From contig NC_045696.1 in the NCBI RefSeq assembly GCF_009834535.1, forward strand, positions 12,712,001 to 12,776,000: DNA of 64,000 bases, given 5' to 3'. The notes beneath the pieces were generated by a model, which was not told the DNA's origin, did no database searches, and saw only the letters and a program-made list of their open reading frames with translations. Origin of the DNA: Camelus ferus. Its lineage: Eukaryota. A program made the position numbers and the translations under genes. Shown here piece after piece: positions 55,101-61,935 of the stretch (the stretch's first letter is position 1; every line of letters begins with the position of its first letter).

Positions 55101-56400
55101 TAGGAACAGAATTTGAGTTGTCACTCTAAATATTTTTGTAACTTTTATTCATATTTGGAATGTTTCAAAATTAAAAGATTGAGAAAATTTAAGTAAAAAA
55201 TAAACTAAATGAAAATGCAAGTAAAGTATTTAGCAGAGTACTGACACAAGGTAAGTTACTATTATTATAATTGATATTAACCTCCAAAACAGATTAAGAG
55301 ACAGATCTAAGAAAATATGGTACTGAGATCACTAGAATTGAATCAGAAACAGGAAAAAAGCATCCTCATAAAATTAGACTGTAATATAACAAACCTAGTA
55401 CCATAAAAAAATCTCATTATAATATCTCTAAGAGTGTAGCTTTAATCCATTTTGGGGTCTTCTCTTTAGTGATTTTGTACTATATGCCAATCCTTGTTCT
55501 AGGCTCTGAGGATAACAGCAGCAGATAAAAACACGCGTTCATAATACTTATCCTATATCTATATCCTAGTGTAACAAGACAGAAAATGAAGCCCGACGGT
55601 AAAAGAATAGTATATTAGAAGTCATAAGAGTAATGGAGTAAAATAAAGCAGGAAAGGAGAACCGGGAGAGGGGGAGGGCTACAATTTAAAATAGGGCGAT
55701 CATGGGAGACCTCACTGAGATGTCTAGGGCAAAATTTGGAGCCACCTAACAAAAGAGCGGTCGGGCAGCCTGCCAGGCAAGGTCAAGACTCGGTGAAGAG
55801 ATCAGTGTGGACAGATGGAATGAGTGAGGAAAAGGGAGTTGAAAATGGGGTTGGAGATGGAAAGGAGCCGGGGCAGACCACATACCACGTACATCATCGT
55901 AAGGGCTTTGGCCCCCGAGGGATGTGAGGACTCACAGCAGGTTTTAAGCAAAGGAGCGGCATGATCCGAGATACCCTGCACACCTGGCTCACTTTAACTG
56001 TTTCCTATCCAACTCCCTTGTTTCCAGCGCTACCTACCCCTTCTACCCTGGTCAGGTAACCTTCCAGCTTAAGATGACACTGAACGTATTCTTAGTAAAA
56101 ACGTTAGGTATGGGGGAGTGCCCGGGTTGGGACAGTTCTAGCTTGGAACATCTTTTCTCTCACGACTCCCCAGTCTGCTCAGAGATAACCCACCCTGCCC
56201 GCGGGGACGCACACACAACAGGGAGGTCACACTCGACACGCAAACACACGCCTCCCCACAGCGGAGCTCCACACATCCTCCAGCCGTGTGCGGAGCGGAG
56301 CGGAGCCAGCCGCTGCGAGGCGGGGACTCCCGGGTCGGCCGGGCCACCGCGCACTCACCCTCAGGTTCCCCTTGGTCCTTTGCTTGTTCTTCCCGCCCAT
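7064..56400 (-). CDS. LTN1: Listerin E3 ubiquitin-protein ligase 1; complete 30-exon coding span (5298 nt spliced, 1765 aa)
   Basis: Spliced translation runs [14 protein letters not shown] ... [52 protein letters not shown], recognisably mammalian listerin with its C-terminal RING. All 29 introns end in AG, 27 start GT and 2 start GC, and phases are consistent. Confidence 0.98.
7738..7905 (-). CDS. LTN1: LTN1 exon 29 (168 nt; first part of the RING domain)
   Basis: CAG acceptor; [12 protein letters not shown]...CMIC...CRTC...HSACL; donor GTAAGT. Confidence 0.95.
8777..8971 (-). CDS. LTN1: LTN1 exon 28 (195 nt; RWD-domain region)
   Basis: CAG acceptor; [10 protein letters not shown]...LPSNYPL...TYLTHQ; donor GTAAGT. 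Confidence 0.95.
10600..10820 (-). CDS. LTN1: LTN1 exon 27 (221 nt)
   Basis: CAG acceptor; [14 protein letters not shown]...LFNGMT; donor GTTAGT. Confidence 0.95.
11710..11881 (-). CDS. LTN1: LTN1 exon 26 (172 nt)
   Basis: CAG acceptor; [11 protein letters not shown]...LQLSIR; donor GTCAGT. Confidence 0.95.
12640..14010 (+). mobile_element. Old L1 3'-end fragments (L1M-type) in intron 25
   Basis: L1 3' motifs such as AAGTGGAAACAACCTAAATGCCC, AGCCAGACACAAAAGACCACAT and GGCAAATCCATAGAGACAGAAA. Confidence 0.65.
15199..15216 (+). repeat. (TG)9 microsatellite
   Basis: Read directly from the sequence. Confidence 0.9.
15409..15595 (-). CDS. LTN1: LTN1 exon 25 (187 nt)
   Basis: TAG acceptor; [10 protein letters not shown]...KAASSQ; donor GTAAAT. 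Confidence 0.95.
17291..17425 (+). mobile_element. tRNA-Ala-derived SINE (Vic-1-like), long-tail form
   Basis: tRNA-Ala(AGC)-like head, AT-rich/CCCCC tail, 13-bp TSD AAGAAGAGAGAGT at 17278-17290 and 17426-17438. Confidence 0.85.
17596..18075 (-). mobile_element. TcMar-Tigger MITE (MER47/Tigger5-like)
   Basis: TA-flanked with degenerate terminal inverted repeats (CTCCACTTATGATGG / TATCATAAGTCGAGGA); internal sequence typical of the MER47 family. Confidence 0.7.
18092..18166 (-). CDS. LTN1: LTN1 exon 24 (75 nt)
   Basis: CAG acceptor; [24 protein letters not shown]; donor GTAAGT. Confidence 0.94.
18504..18741 (-). CDS. LTN1: LTN1 exon 23 (238 nt)
   Basis: CAG acceptor; [12 protein letters not shown]...YHMLY; donor GTAAGA. 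Confidence 0.95.
19232..19445 (-). CDS. LTN1: LTN1 exon 22 (214 nt; GC donor)
   Basis: TAG acceptor; [15 protein letters not shown]...LLVTVT; donor AG|GCAAGT. Confidence 0.93.
20341..20485 (-). CDS. LTN1: LTN1 exon 21 (145 nt)
   Basis: CAG acceptor; [11 protein letters not shown]...MLAWLE; donor GTAAAT. Confidence 0.95.
20674..20809 (-). CDS. LTN1: LTN1 exon 20 (136 nt)
   Basis: TAG acceptor; [13 protein letters not shown]...DIFLFS; donor GTAGGT. Confidence 0.95.
21100..23760. mobile_element. Cluster of degenerate L2 fragments in intron 19
   Basis: L2 3'-end motif (GTAAGCTCCATGAGGGCAGG...TGAATGAA) and pyrimidine-rich L2-like body; boundaries approximate. Confidence 0.5.
24071..24214 (+). 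mobile_element. tRNA-Ala-derived SINE (Vic-1-like), long-tail form
   Basis: GTAGCTCAGTGGTAGAGC...GGTTCAATCC boxes; direct repeat TAAGAAATACTT at 24053-24064 and 24215-24226. Confidence 0.85.
24282..24424 (-). CDS. LTN1: LTN1 exon 19 (143 nt)
   Basis: CAG acceptor; [19 protein letters not shown]...VCSTN; donor GTTAGT. Confidence 0.94.
24700..27190. mobile_element. Nested old L1 fragments in intron 18
   Basis: Minus-strand L1 3' end at about 25530-25940 (CCCCTGGCAACTACCATTTTACTTTCTGTCTCTATGAATTTGAC) inside older L1 sequence, plus a plus-strand L1 3' end at about 26750-27190. Confidence 0.6.
27884..27988 (-). CDS. LTN1: LTN1 exon 18 (105 nt)
   Basis: TAG acceptor; [15 protein letters not shown]...YRRKE; donor GTATTC. 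Confidence 0.93.
28828..28927 (+). mobile_element. tRNA-Ala-derived SINE (Vic-1-like), poly(A) form
   Basis: tRNA-Ala-like head followed by a poly(A) tail. Confidence 0.85.
29058..29217 (-). CDS. LTN1: LTN1 exon 17 (160 nt)
   Basis: CAG acceptor; [14 protein letters not shown]...QLLFD; donor GTAAGA. Confidence 0.94.
29978..30112 (+). mobile_element. tRNA-Ala-derived SINE (Vic-1-like), long-tail form
   Basis: TATAGCTCAGTGGTAGAGTGCATGCTTAGCATGCACGAGGTCCTGGG head, AAAT-rich tail. Confidence 0.85.
30855..31041 (-). CDS. LTN1: LTN1 exon 16 (187 nt)
   Basis: CAG acceptor; [11 protein letters not shown]...NELEEI; donor GTAAGT. Confidence 0.95.
31475..31619 (-). CDS. LTN1: LTN1 exon 15 (145 nt)
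   Basis: CAG acceptor; [12 protein letters not shown]...RQSLPMQ; donor GTATGT. Confidence 0.94.
32177..32427 (+). pseudogene. 5'-truncated retro-insertion (transcript 3' end or L1 transduction) with poly(A) tail and TSD
   Basis: 12-bp TSD AAATTAGGAGTC at 32165-32176 and 32428-32439; AATAAA at 32357-32362; A-rich tail at about 32390-32427. Confidence 0.7.
32655..32808 (-). CDS. LTN1: LTN1 exon 14 (154 nt)
   Basis: TAG acceptor; (D)[10 protein letters not shown]...SSLDIK; donor GTACCC. Confidence 0.94.
33638..33877 (-). CDS. LTN1: LTN1 exon 13 (240 nt)
   Basis: TAG acceptor; (D)[10 protein letters not shown]...KTHLP; donor GTAATA. Confidence 0.95.
33975..33992 (+). repeat. (TG)9 microsatellite
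   Basis: Read directly from the sequence. Confidence 0.9.
34366..34555 (-). CDS. LTN1: LTN1 exon 12 (190 nt)
   Basis: TAG acceptor; [24 protein letters not shown]...SQHVQN; donor GTAGGT. Confidence 0.94.
37099..37140 (-). CDS. LTN1: LTN1 exon 11 (42 nt)
   Basis: CAG acceptor; [14 protein letters not shown]; donor GTACCT. Confidence 0.92.
37521..38327 (-). CDS. LTN1: LTN1 exon 10 (807 nt, large internal exon)
   Basis: CAG acceptor; [11 protein letters not shown]...VLDDLTE; donor GTATTA; lies within ORF 37497..38366. Confidence 0.96.
39200..39335 (-). CDS. LTN1: LTN1 exon 9 (136 nt)
   Basis: TAG acceptor; LSTERTKTS...MLINDQ; donor GTATTT. Confidence 0.94.
39848..39951 (+). mobile_element. 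tRNA-Ala-derived SINE (Vic-1-like), poly(A) form
   Basis: tRNA-Ala-like head, pure A tail, TSD TGAAAAAGATCC at 39835-39846 and 39957-39968. Confidence 0.88.
40217..40407 (-). CDS. LTN1: LTN1 exon 8 (191 nt)
   Basis: AAG acceptor after a T tract; [16 protein letters not shown]...LTSLVA(G); donor GTAAGG. Confidence 0.94.
40984..41157 (-). CDS. LTN1: LTN1 exon 7 (174 nt)
   Basis: TAG acceptor; [15 protein letters not shown]...TLTTIE; donor GTATGT. Confidence 0.95.
41560..41664 (-). mobile_element. tRNA-Ala-derived SINE (Vic-1-like)
   Basis: Reverse-strand tRNA-Ala-like head; TSD AGAAATATGAG at 41549-41559 and 41665-41675. Confidence 0.88.
41880..46440 (+). mobile_element. Composite of decayed L1 fragments filling intron 6
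   Basis: A-rich plus strand with L1 ORF2-like, ORF1-like and 3'-end segments, including a younger L1 3' end at about 43950-44085. Confidence 0.65.
44418..44600. mobile_element. MER58-like hAT MITE inserted in L1
   Basis: CAGAGGTCAGTAAAC...TTGCAAATCCCTG termini; AAAACAGG...GCCAGATTT core. Confidence 0.6.
46445..46750. mobile_element. Tigger2-like DNA transposon fragment
   Basis: GAGTTCAATGTTAATGAA...CAGGAACCTAATCCTGTATTTCCCCTA...AACAAGAATCGACT motifs recalled for Tigger2a. Confidence 0.6.
47119..47299 (-). CDS. LTN1: LTN1 exon 6 (181 nt)
   Basis: AAG acceptor; [13 protein letters not shown]...KHSIPQ; donor GTATCT. Confidence 0.94.
48015..48067 (-). CDS. LTN1: LTN1 exon 5 (53 nt)
   Basis: TAG acceptor; [17 protein letters not shown](Q); donor GTAAGT. 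Confidence 0.93.
50398..50628 (-). CDS. LTN1: LTN1 exon 4 (231 nt)
   Basis: TAG acceptor; [12 protein letters not shown]...KDEITS; donor GTAAGT. Confidence 0.95.
51171..51269 (-). CDS. LTN1: LTN1 exon 3 (99 nt)
   Basis: TAG acceptor; [13 protein letters not shown]...FCKISL; donor GTAAGT. Confidence 0.95.
51765..51968 (-). CDS. LTN1: LTN1 exon 2 (204 nt; GC donor)
   Basis: TAG acceptor; [15 protein letters not shown]...DVTTKLK; donor GCAAGT. Confidence 0.93.
54330..55200 (+). mobile_element. Old L1 3'-end fragment (L1MC-type) in intron 1
   Basis: AACCTGAATCTAATCACAAGGAA...AGACAAATC motif shared with the 12640-13420 fragment. Confidence 0.55.
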
Positions 56401-56700
56401 GGTCGCGGTCTCAGCCGCTCTCTCAGCCCGCAGCCCCCGGGTTGACACAGCCGGGCCACAACTTCCGGCCCCTTTCACCGGAAAAGGGTTCACAGGAACG
56501 ACTTCCCCCGGCCCTCCCGTTCCGTCACCCATCCCGCCCTCCTGCTTCCCCGCTTCCGCTCCCGCCTCCTGACGAGTCCCTGAAGGTCTGCGGCGGGATA
56601 CGTCACAACTACAGTCACGCCTACCTGGGTGACGTCATTCCTACCCAATAGGAAGCCAAGCGTTGGACCGACGGCGCCAAATCCTGCTTTCCTTGCTTTC
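56100..56700 (-). promoter_or_regulatory. LTN1 CpG-island promoter
   Basis: CpG/GC-rich block around exon 1. It contains an ETS/GABP-type ACTTCCGG at 56461-56468, further CTTCC repeats, a full CRE TGACGTCA at 56630-56637 and a CCAAT at 56645-56649. No TATA box seen. Confidence 0.85.
56359..56400 (-). CDS. LTN1: LTN1 coding exon 1 (42 nt)
   Basis: accATGg Kozak context; [14 protein letters not shown]; donor GTGAGT. Confidence 0.95.
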
Positions 56701-58080
56701 CTGAGGCAAGATTCGTTCCTTAGCGGGTAGTGAGTTGGCTTGAGCCATAAGAGAGAAATTTTAATACAAAGGTGGCAGTAGAATGGCATGGTAATGGTTG
56801 AGAGAAGATAGAAAGATGTTAAACCTTTAATGCATTGTATTTTATGCAATCTTCACCATCACCTGGATGTTGGTTAGAAATGCAGACGGTCAGACTCACT
56901 TTGGGACTATTAAATAAGATTTTGCATTTTAACAAGGTTCCTAGGTCCTGTTAAAATTTGAAAAGTAGTGCTCTAAGCAATATTCTCTAAATCCGTCCCC
57001 TGCCCTTTTTCTTCCATATCAAAAAGTGTTAAATGTGCAATCTATAGAAAAAAGTAGTGTGGTAGTATCTACTAAAAATTGAAATTTACAAGTTTTGTTG
57101 TTAGTGGTTTCACTTCTCAGAATCACATTGGAAAAGCAAGCACATGTTCCTGGTTATTGTCTCTCCTGTCCACACAATCACCCCTTTATACTCAATTCCA
57201 TGATCCTGAGGCCTTGCCAACTATTTCTCCTTTAGTCAACTGACTTCCTGTTCGGCTCCATCAACGGGGGACTAGAAGGAGAGTGAAAGAGAAGAGGAAG
57301 GAGAAGGGACTTCCTCCATACTGTAATCATCCCAGCAGCAGCGTTTTGCCCCTGCAGGAGCAATTGGCTTAGGTAGCAGTTGTTTTTGGTCTGATTTTTT
57401 TTCCCCCAACAATCAGAATCAACCTTATTGTGCACGTCAGGTGTACTAGCAGCAGCCAGGCAAGACCCACCCCTCCGGGGTCTGAGTCCTAGCTGCACGG
57501 GGCCCCTCCTCTGAGCTCCTAAGACAGCCAAAGTCGCCCGCTTCTAAGAAGTCACAGCCCCAGCACCATGAGGTCCCTTTGAGCTCCAGAGACCAGCTAC
57601 AGCCAAGCACCACCCTCTCTTCATAGACTTGAACTGAGCTACAACTTTTCAAGGCCCTCCTCCAATCAGCTAACTTCAAATTACCCGAAACTTTTCTTTC
57701 CTTCGTTCCTTTCCTAGCTCTAAGGATAGTAAATGCTGTGCAGTGACTACCTTTATGTTACCTCAGGATTCTCTTTTTGCTTTTCTAATCCCTTTAAACA
57801 AATTTTCCATATTAATTTTTTTTCTCTTTAAATAATCAGTGAAGTTTCCGTTTTCCTGACTGGACCCTGACCAAAAAATTCACTCAATGGAAAAAAAATG
57901 CATTCAATGAGACATACTGCAGGATGTTCACTAAAACATTAATAGCAAGATAACTGAAAACAATCCACTGTATATCCATTGGGGAATGGTTAAGTAAATT
58001 GTATCTATTCTATGGATTATTAGGCAGCAGTTGAGAGAGGTTTATCTATACATACATGGGAAGAATTATAAGACATTCTT

Positions 58081-58171
58081 TTTTTGTTTTAGGTTTATCT
58101 TCAGAGGAGGTACTAGGGGTTGAACACAGGACCTCGTGCATGCTAAGCATATGCTCTACCACTAACTCGCC
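58081..58171 (-). mobile_element. tRNA-Ala-derived SINE (Vic-1-like), 5'-degenerate
   Basis: Reverse-strand head; TSD AAGACATTCTT at 58070-58080 and 58172-58182. Confidence 0.82.
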
Positions 58172-58476
58172 AAGACATTCTTAAATTAAAAGCAAATAGA
58201 GTAGTATCAGAGTATGATACCATTTGCCTGAAAAATTTATTTAAAAATATCATGTATTATATGGATACATATGTGTTATATAAATACACAGAAAAAAAGT
58301 CTGCAAGGATCATACCAATTTGATAATTGTAGCTAATCCTTGGGGGAAAGAGGTGGCAAGAAAAGAGTTTAGGGTTGTGAGTTATAGTCAAAGGAAATTA
58401 AGCCTTTGTAAGATTTTATTTTATACAAGGAGACTGTGTTCATGTATTGTGTAATTAAAAATAAAAATAGGAGGAT

Positions 58477-58584
58477 GGGCGGGTATGACTCTGTGGCAGA
58501 GTGTGTGCTTGGCATGCATGAGGTCCTGGGTTCAATCCCCAGTGCCTCTGTTAAGGGATAAATAAATAAATAAATAAATAAATA
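58477..58584 (+). mobile_element. tRNA-Ala-derived SINE (Vic-1-like), diverged
   Basis: GGTCCTGGGTTCAATCCCCAGT B-box region; (AAAT)n tail. Confidence 0.8.
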
Positions 58585-58647
58585 TTTAATCTAGTTGTTT
58601 GTATATCTTACATTATCAGTTACACAAATCGTAGTATCCTCATTCTT

Positions 58648-58714
58648 TTTTTTAATTTTTTTAACATTTTTTATTGATTTATAATCATTTTACAATGTTG
58701 TGTCAAATTCCAAA
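58648..58714 (-). mobile_element. Extremely 5'-truncated young L1 3' tip
   Basis: Poly(T) plus TTTTTTATTGATTTATAATCATTTTACAATGTTGTGTCAAATTCCA; perfect 16-bp TSD TAGTATCCTCATTCTT at 58632-58647 and 58715-58730. Confidence 0.75.
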
Positions 58715-59787
58715 TAGTATCCTCATTCTTAAGAGTTATACACTATAGTTGGGAAACAGCTTAATACATAAGAACAGCACTAGATATTATGCAATTCACT
58801 GATAGTTTGGGTGTCACATATCAAAAATGCTACAGGAAGGGGCGATTAATGTACTGAGATAGTCAGAAAAACTTCCTGGATGACTTTAGCCCAAAGCTTG
58901 GACAAAATTAGGAAGAGCAGAATGATTATAGAAGGTTAAATGATACTGGAGTAGAGAAAGCATTCCTAGCCAATGCTCCAGTGTCAGAAAACCATACATA
59001 AAATGATTGATAAATTTAAGTACATTAATTTGAAAGTGTTTTTTTCCTGTGTCAGAAAAATTTGCTTAGACCAACTTAGGAAATACCTGCAACAGTAACT
59101 AGAGATTGATATGCCTACTGTTAAAAAAAATTCTTAAAAATAATATTTTAAGGCTGCCCACATAAGTATAAATAAGACATAAACAGCAATTCACCAGAAA
59201 AGAAATAATTGACCAGTATACATATAAAAGATATTAGCCCGCACCAAAAGTCAAATGAAGATAACATAAAACAATGTAGTTTTTTTTTTTCATTTATTAA
59301 ATTGGCAAAGTGATAATAATCAGTATTGGTAAAAATCAAGAGAAAAGGAAAGGAAAGAGAAAAAGACTTCCAATTTTCATTTCTCCACCTTTCACAAGTG
59401 CAATTTGGCAAGGCAAATCCAGAGCTTAAGAGTGAACTTCCACTTCTTACCTGAAGAGTACAGCACCTTTATTTTTGAAACCAAACCAAAACGTTAACAT
59501 CTCCTGACCAAAACAGTGAACTGCTGAAATTAATTACTGTACATTCAGACAACCGAATACAAAGCGGTCTTTGAAAATAGTGGAAGAATATTTAATGTCA
59601 TGGAAATGTTTACAATTTAATGTTTAATTAAAGAAGGCAGATACATAACAGCATGTATAGTATGATTTGTTTAAAAAGAAAGAAAGAAAGAAAGACCACA
59701 TATACACATACACAAAGATAATACACTAGAAAATAAAACGTAAAACCAAAATTTGCCTTCTTCGGTGCAAGATTATCATGGGTGAGG

Positions 59788-60030
59788 TTTATTTATTTAT
59801 TACTGAAGTATAGTCGGTTTACAAAGTTGTGTTAATTTCTGGAGCACAGAATAGTGATCCATTTATACATGTATGTATTTATATTCTTTTTCATTATTGG
59901 CTATTACAAGGCATTGAATAGAGTTCCCTATGCTATACAGTAGGACCTTGTTGTTTATCTATTTTATACACAGTAGTTAGTTTCTGTAAATGCCGAACTC
60001 GCAATTTATCCCTCCACCCTTCCCTCCTTG
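59788..60030 (-). mobile_element. L1 3'-end fragment
   Basis: TACTGAAGTATAGTCGGTTTACAA...GTTCCCTATGCTATACAGTAGGACCTTGTTG, typical of a laurasiatherian L1 3' UTR. Confidence 0.7.
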
Positions 60031-60169
60031 GGTAAGTTTTAAATCCAGTTATTTCTACATTTTCTGTAAGTCATCTTTTCTAATAAAAATGTATTATATA
60101 CATTTATTTACATATATTTTGGGAGGGGGGAGGAGCAAGAGAGAACAAGTTCACAAAATCCAAAATGCC

Positions 60170-61000
60170 AAAAGCTTCCGGGGGAGGTGGGGGCGGGGAG
60201 AGTAAGCCTTCAGTAATTCCCTAGTTAAAAACGAGGGTATATACGCTGGACCTCGAAGGTGTCACTGGGTCCTAGTGAGCATCATTCCTCCTAATTATCC
60301 CGGCAGTTAGCAACACCCGGGAAATTCCAAGAGAATGAAGATCAATGCCTTTTTTTCCCAAAAGATAACGATTAAAAAAAAAAAATGTCATCTAGGGACG
60401 AGAGCAGAAGCTGGCTGGGTTGCACGATTCCCGCTTGAAAGACAAAACCGCAGTGCAGGGCTCGAGCCAGGGTCAGAAACCTTCCACCGCATCCGAAAAC
60501 ACGGCTCCCAGCTGCGGTTACCCGACATGCTCACTGCCCAACGCGAACCACGCCTCCGACCCTCAAGGGCTAGTGCTTCCGAGCCGCGCTGAGGAAGGCA
60601 GGGCGCATGCGTGAAGTAGCTGTGCGCCGGGCGGTCCTGTGCTTGGCGATTGCGGGGTCTTAAGAGGAGGCCAAGGCGTCCGTCAAGGCCCAGCGCACTT
60701 GGGAGATGCTCTGGACTGCGGTGTCCGTAGGTAGCCAGGCACCTGCCTTTCATGCTGAGCTGGAATCTTCCCTCCCCGGGCCCTCCTCCTCGAAGGGGTC
60801 CGCTTTTGACATTTCATAGGAATGACAAAGGACGTTAAGGCCTTCATCCCTACCCCAACCCGGTGGGGTCAGATTGCCAGATTGTGCTTCAGTGGAAGGC
60901 TCCTTGTGCCCTTATGCAGAATTTTGATGGGCTCAATGTGTACTAAGTAGTCGTAATCATTGTTTCCGGGTGTAAGGGGCGGGCAAATAACGTACGTACA
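60170..61000. promoter_or_regulatory. Intergenic CpG-rich promoter/enhancer-like element
   Basis: Locally high CpG density (about 60390-60800); NRF1-type GCGCATGCG at 60603-60611; GC boxes near 60190 and 60977; CTTCCGG near 60175. Confidence 0.6.
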
Positions 61001-61834
61001 CCTGTCACATGCCATCAACTCTAGGCTGCCTTGCAGCTTAATGGAATTTTACGAATGATACGTTCTGTTGAGTTTCCCTGATATACAGCTTTCTTAAAAA
61101 AGGGGGAAAAAAAGTCAGTTTTTTTATAAATGCCGAAAGTAACCATCAGTTCCGCACAGCAGCAGATGCAGGTTTTTTAAATGCAGTTAACGTACAGATG
61201 GTAGGACTGGCTTTGACTTCGTTACTCCAACTTCAGTTAACTTGGATTTGTGGGATTAATTTTAGAATTTTTAAATTTTGTTTTACTTAAGAGTACTATT
61301 GCTTGTGCAGGAATTACTTTTACAAATAAAAATTGACATGTAGCCAATGTTTTCTGTCCACATTTTTGCTCTCTATAGCTCTTCTAACTTTTAAACATAA
61401 TTTGATTTGGGACTAATAGTTTCTTTAAAGAATTTATCATTATTTCTTTATAGATGATTCGAGTTCAAGGTATTTTTCAGATTAACACATTGACAAATTG
61501 TCATTGCGCAGTATATATATATATATGCAATCATACTGAACAATTTTACATTTAAAGATGTGTATGTATGAAGTCTATAATCATTGGTAGAAGTCTAAGA
61601 AAGCTATATTGCCTATTCTAACATTTAACTGTAGTTTCTTACAGCTTTTTTTGGGTGTCTTACATTATATAATGTAGGCAGGACCATCTAACTTGCTGTT
61701 TTCTTTTTTGATGACTAATACTTCCATCCATTTTCAAAAATATTGACCAATCATGAGGTTGGAAAATCTGTACTTCTCTTGGTCACTATGTTAATAATCT
61801 AATGTCTAAATTTGGCAGGTCAGGGGTGGGGGCT

Positions 61835-61935
61835 GGAGGGTGGGTATAGCTCAGTGGTAGAGTGCATGCTTAGCATGCACGAGGTCCTGGGTTCAATCCC
61901 CAGTACCTCCAATCAATTAATTAATTAATTAATTA
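61835..61935 (+). mobile_element. tRNA-Ala-derived SINE (Vic-1-like), near-consensus head
   Basis: GGGTATAGCTCAGTGGTAGAGTGCATGCTTAGCATGCACGAGGTCCTGGGTTCAATCCCCAGTACCTCCA followed by a (TAAT)n tail. Confidence 0.85.

Noticed and set aside
56074..56849. Several overlapping ORFs around the LTN1 promoter
   Set aside because: Stop codons are scarce in GC-rich CpG islands. Only the frame continuous with exon 1 is supported.
60335..60753. ORFs in the intergenic CpG-rich block as a hidden protein-coding gene
   Set aside because: GC-driven open frames with no recognisable domain and no supportable downstream exons.
17291..61935. tRNA-Ala-like sequences as true tRNA genes
   Set aside because: They have A-rich tails, target-site duplications, CpG decay and damaged acceptor stems, and occur nine times, so they are SINEs.
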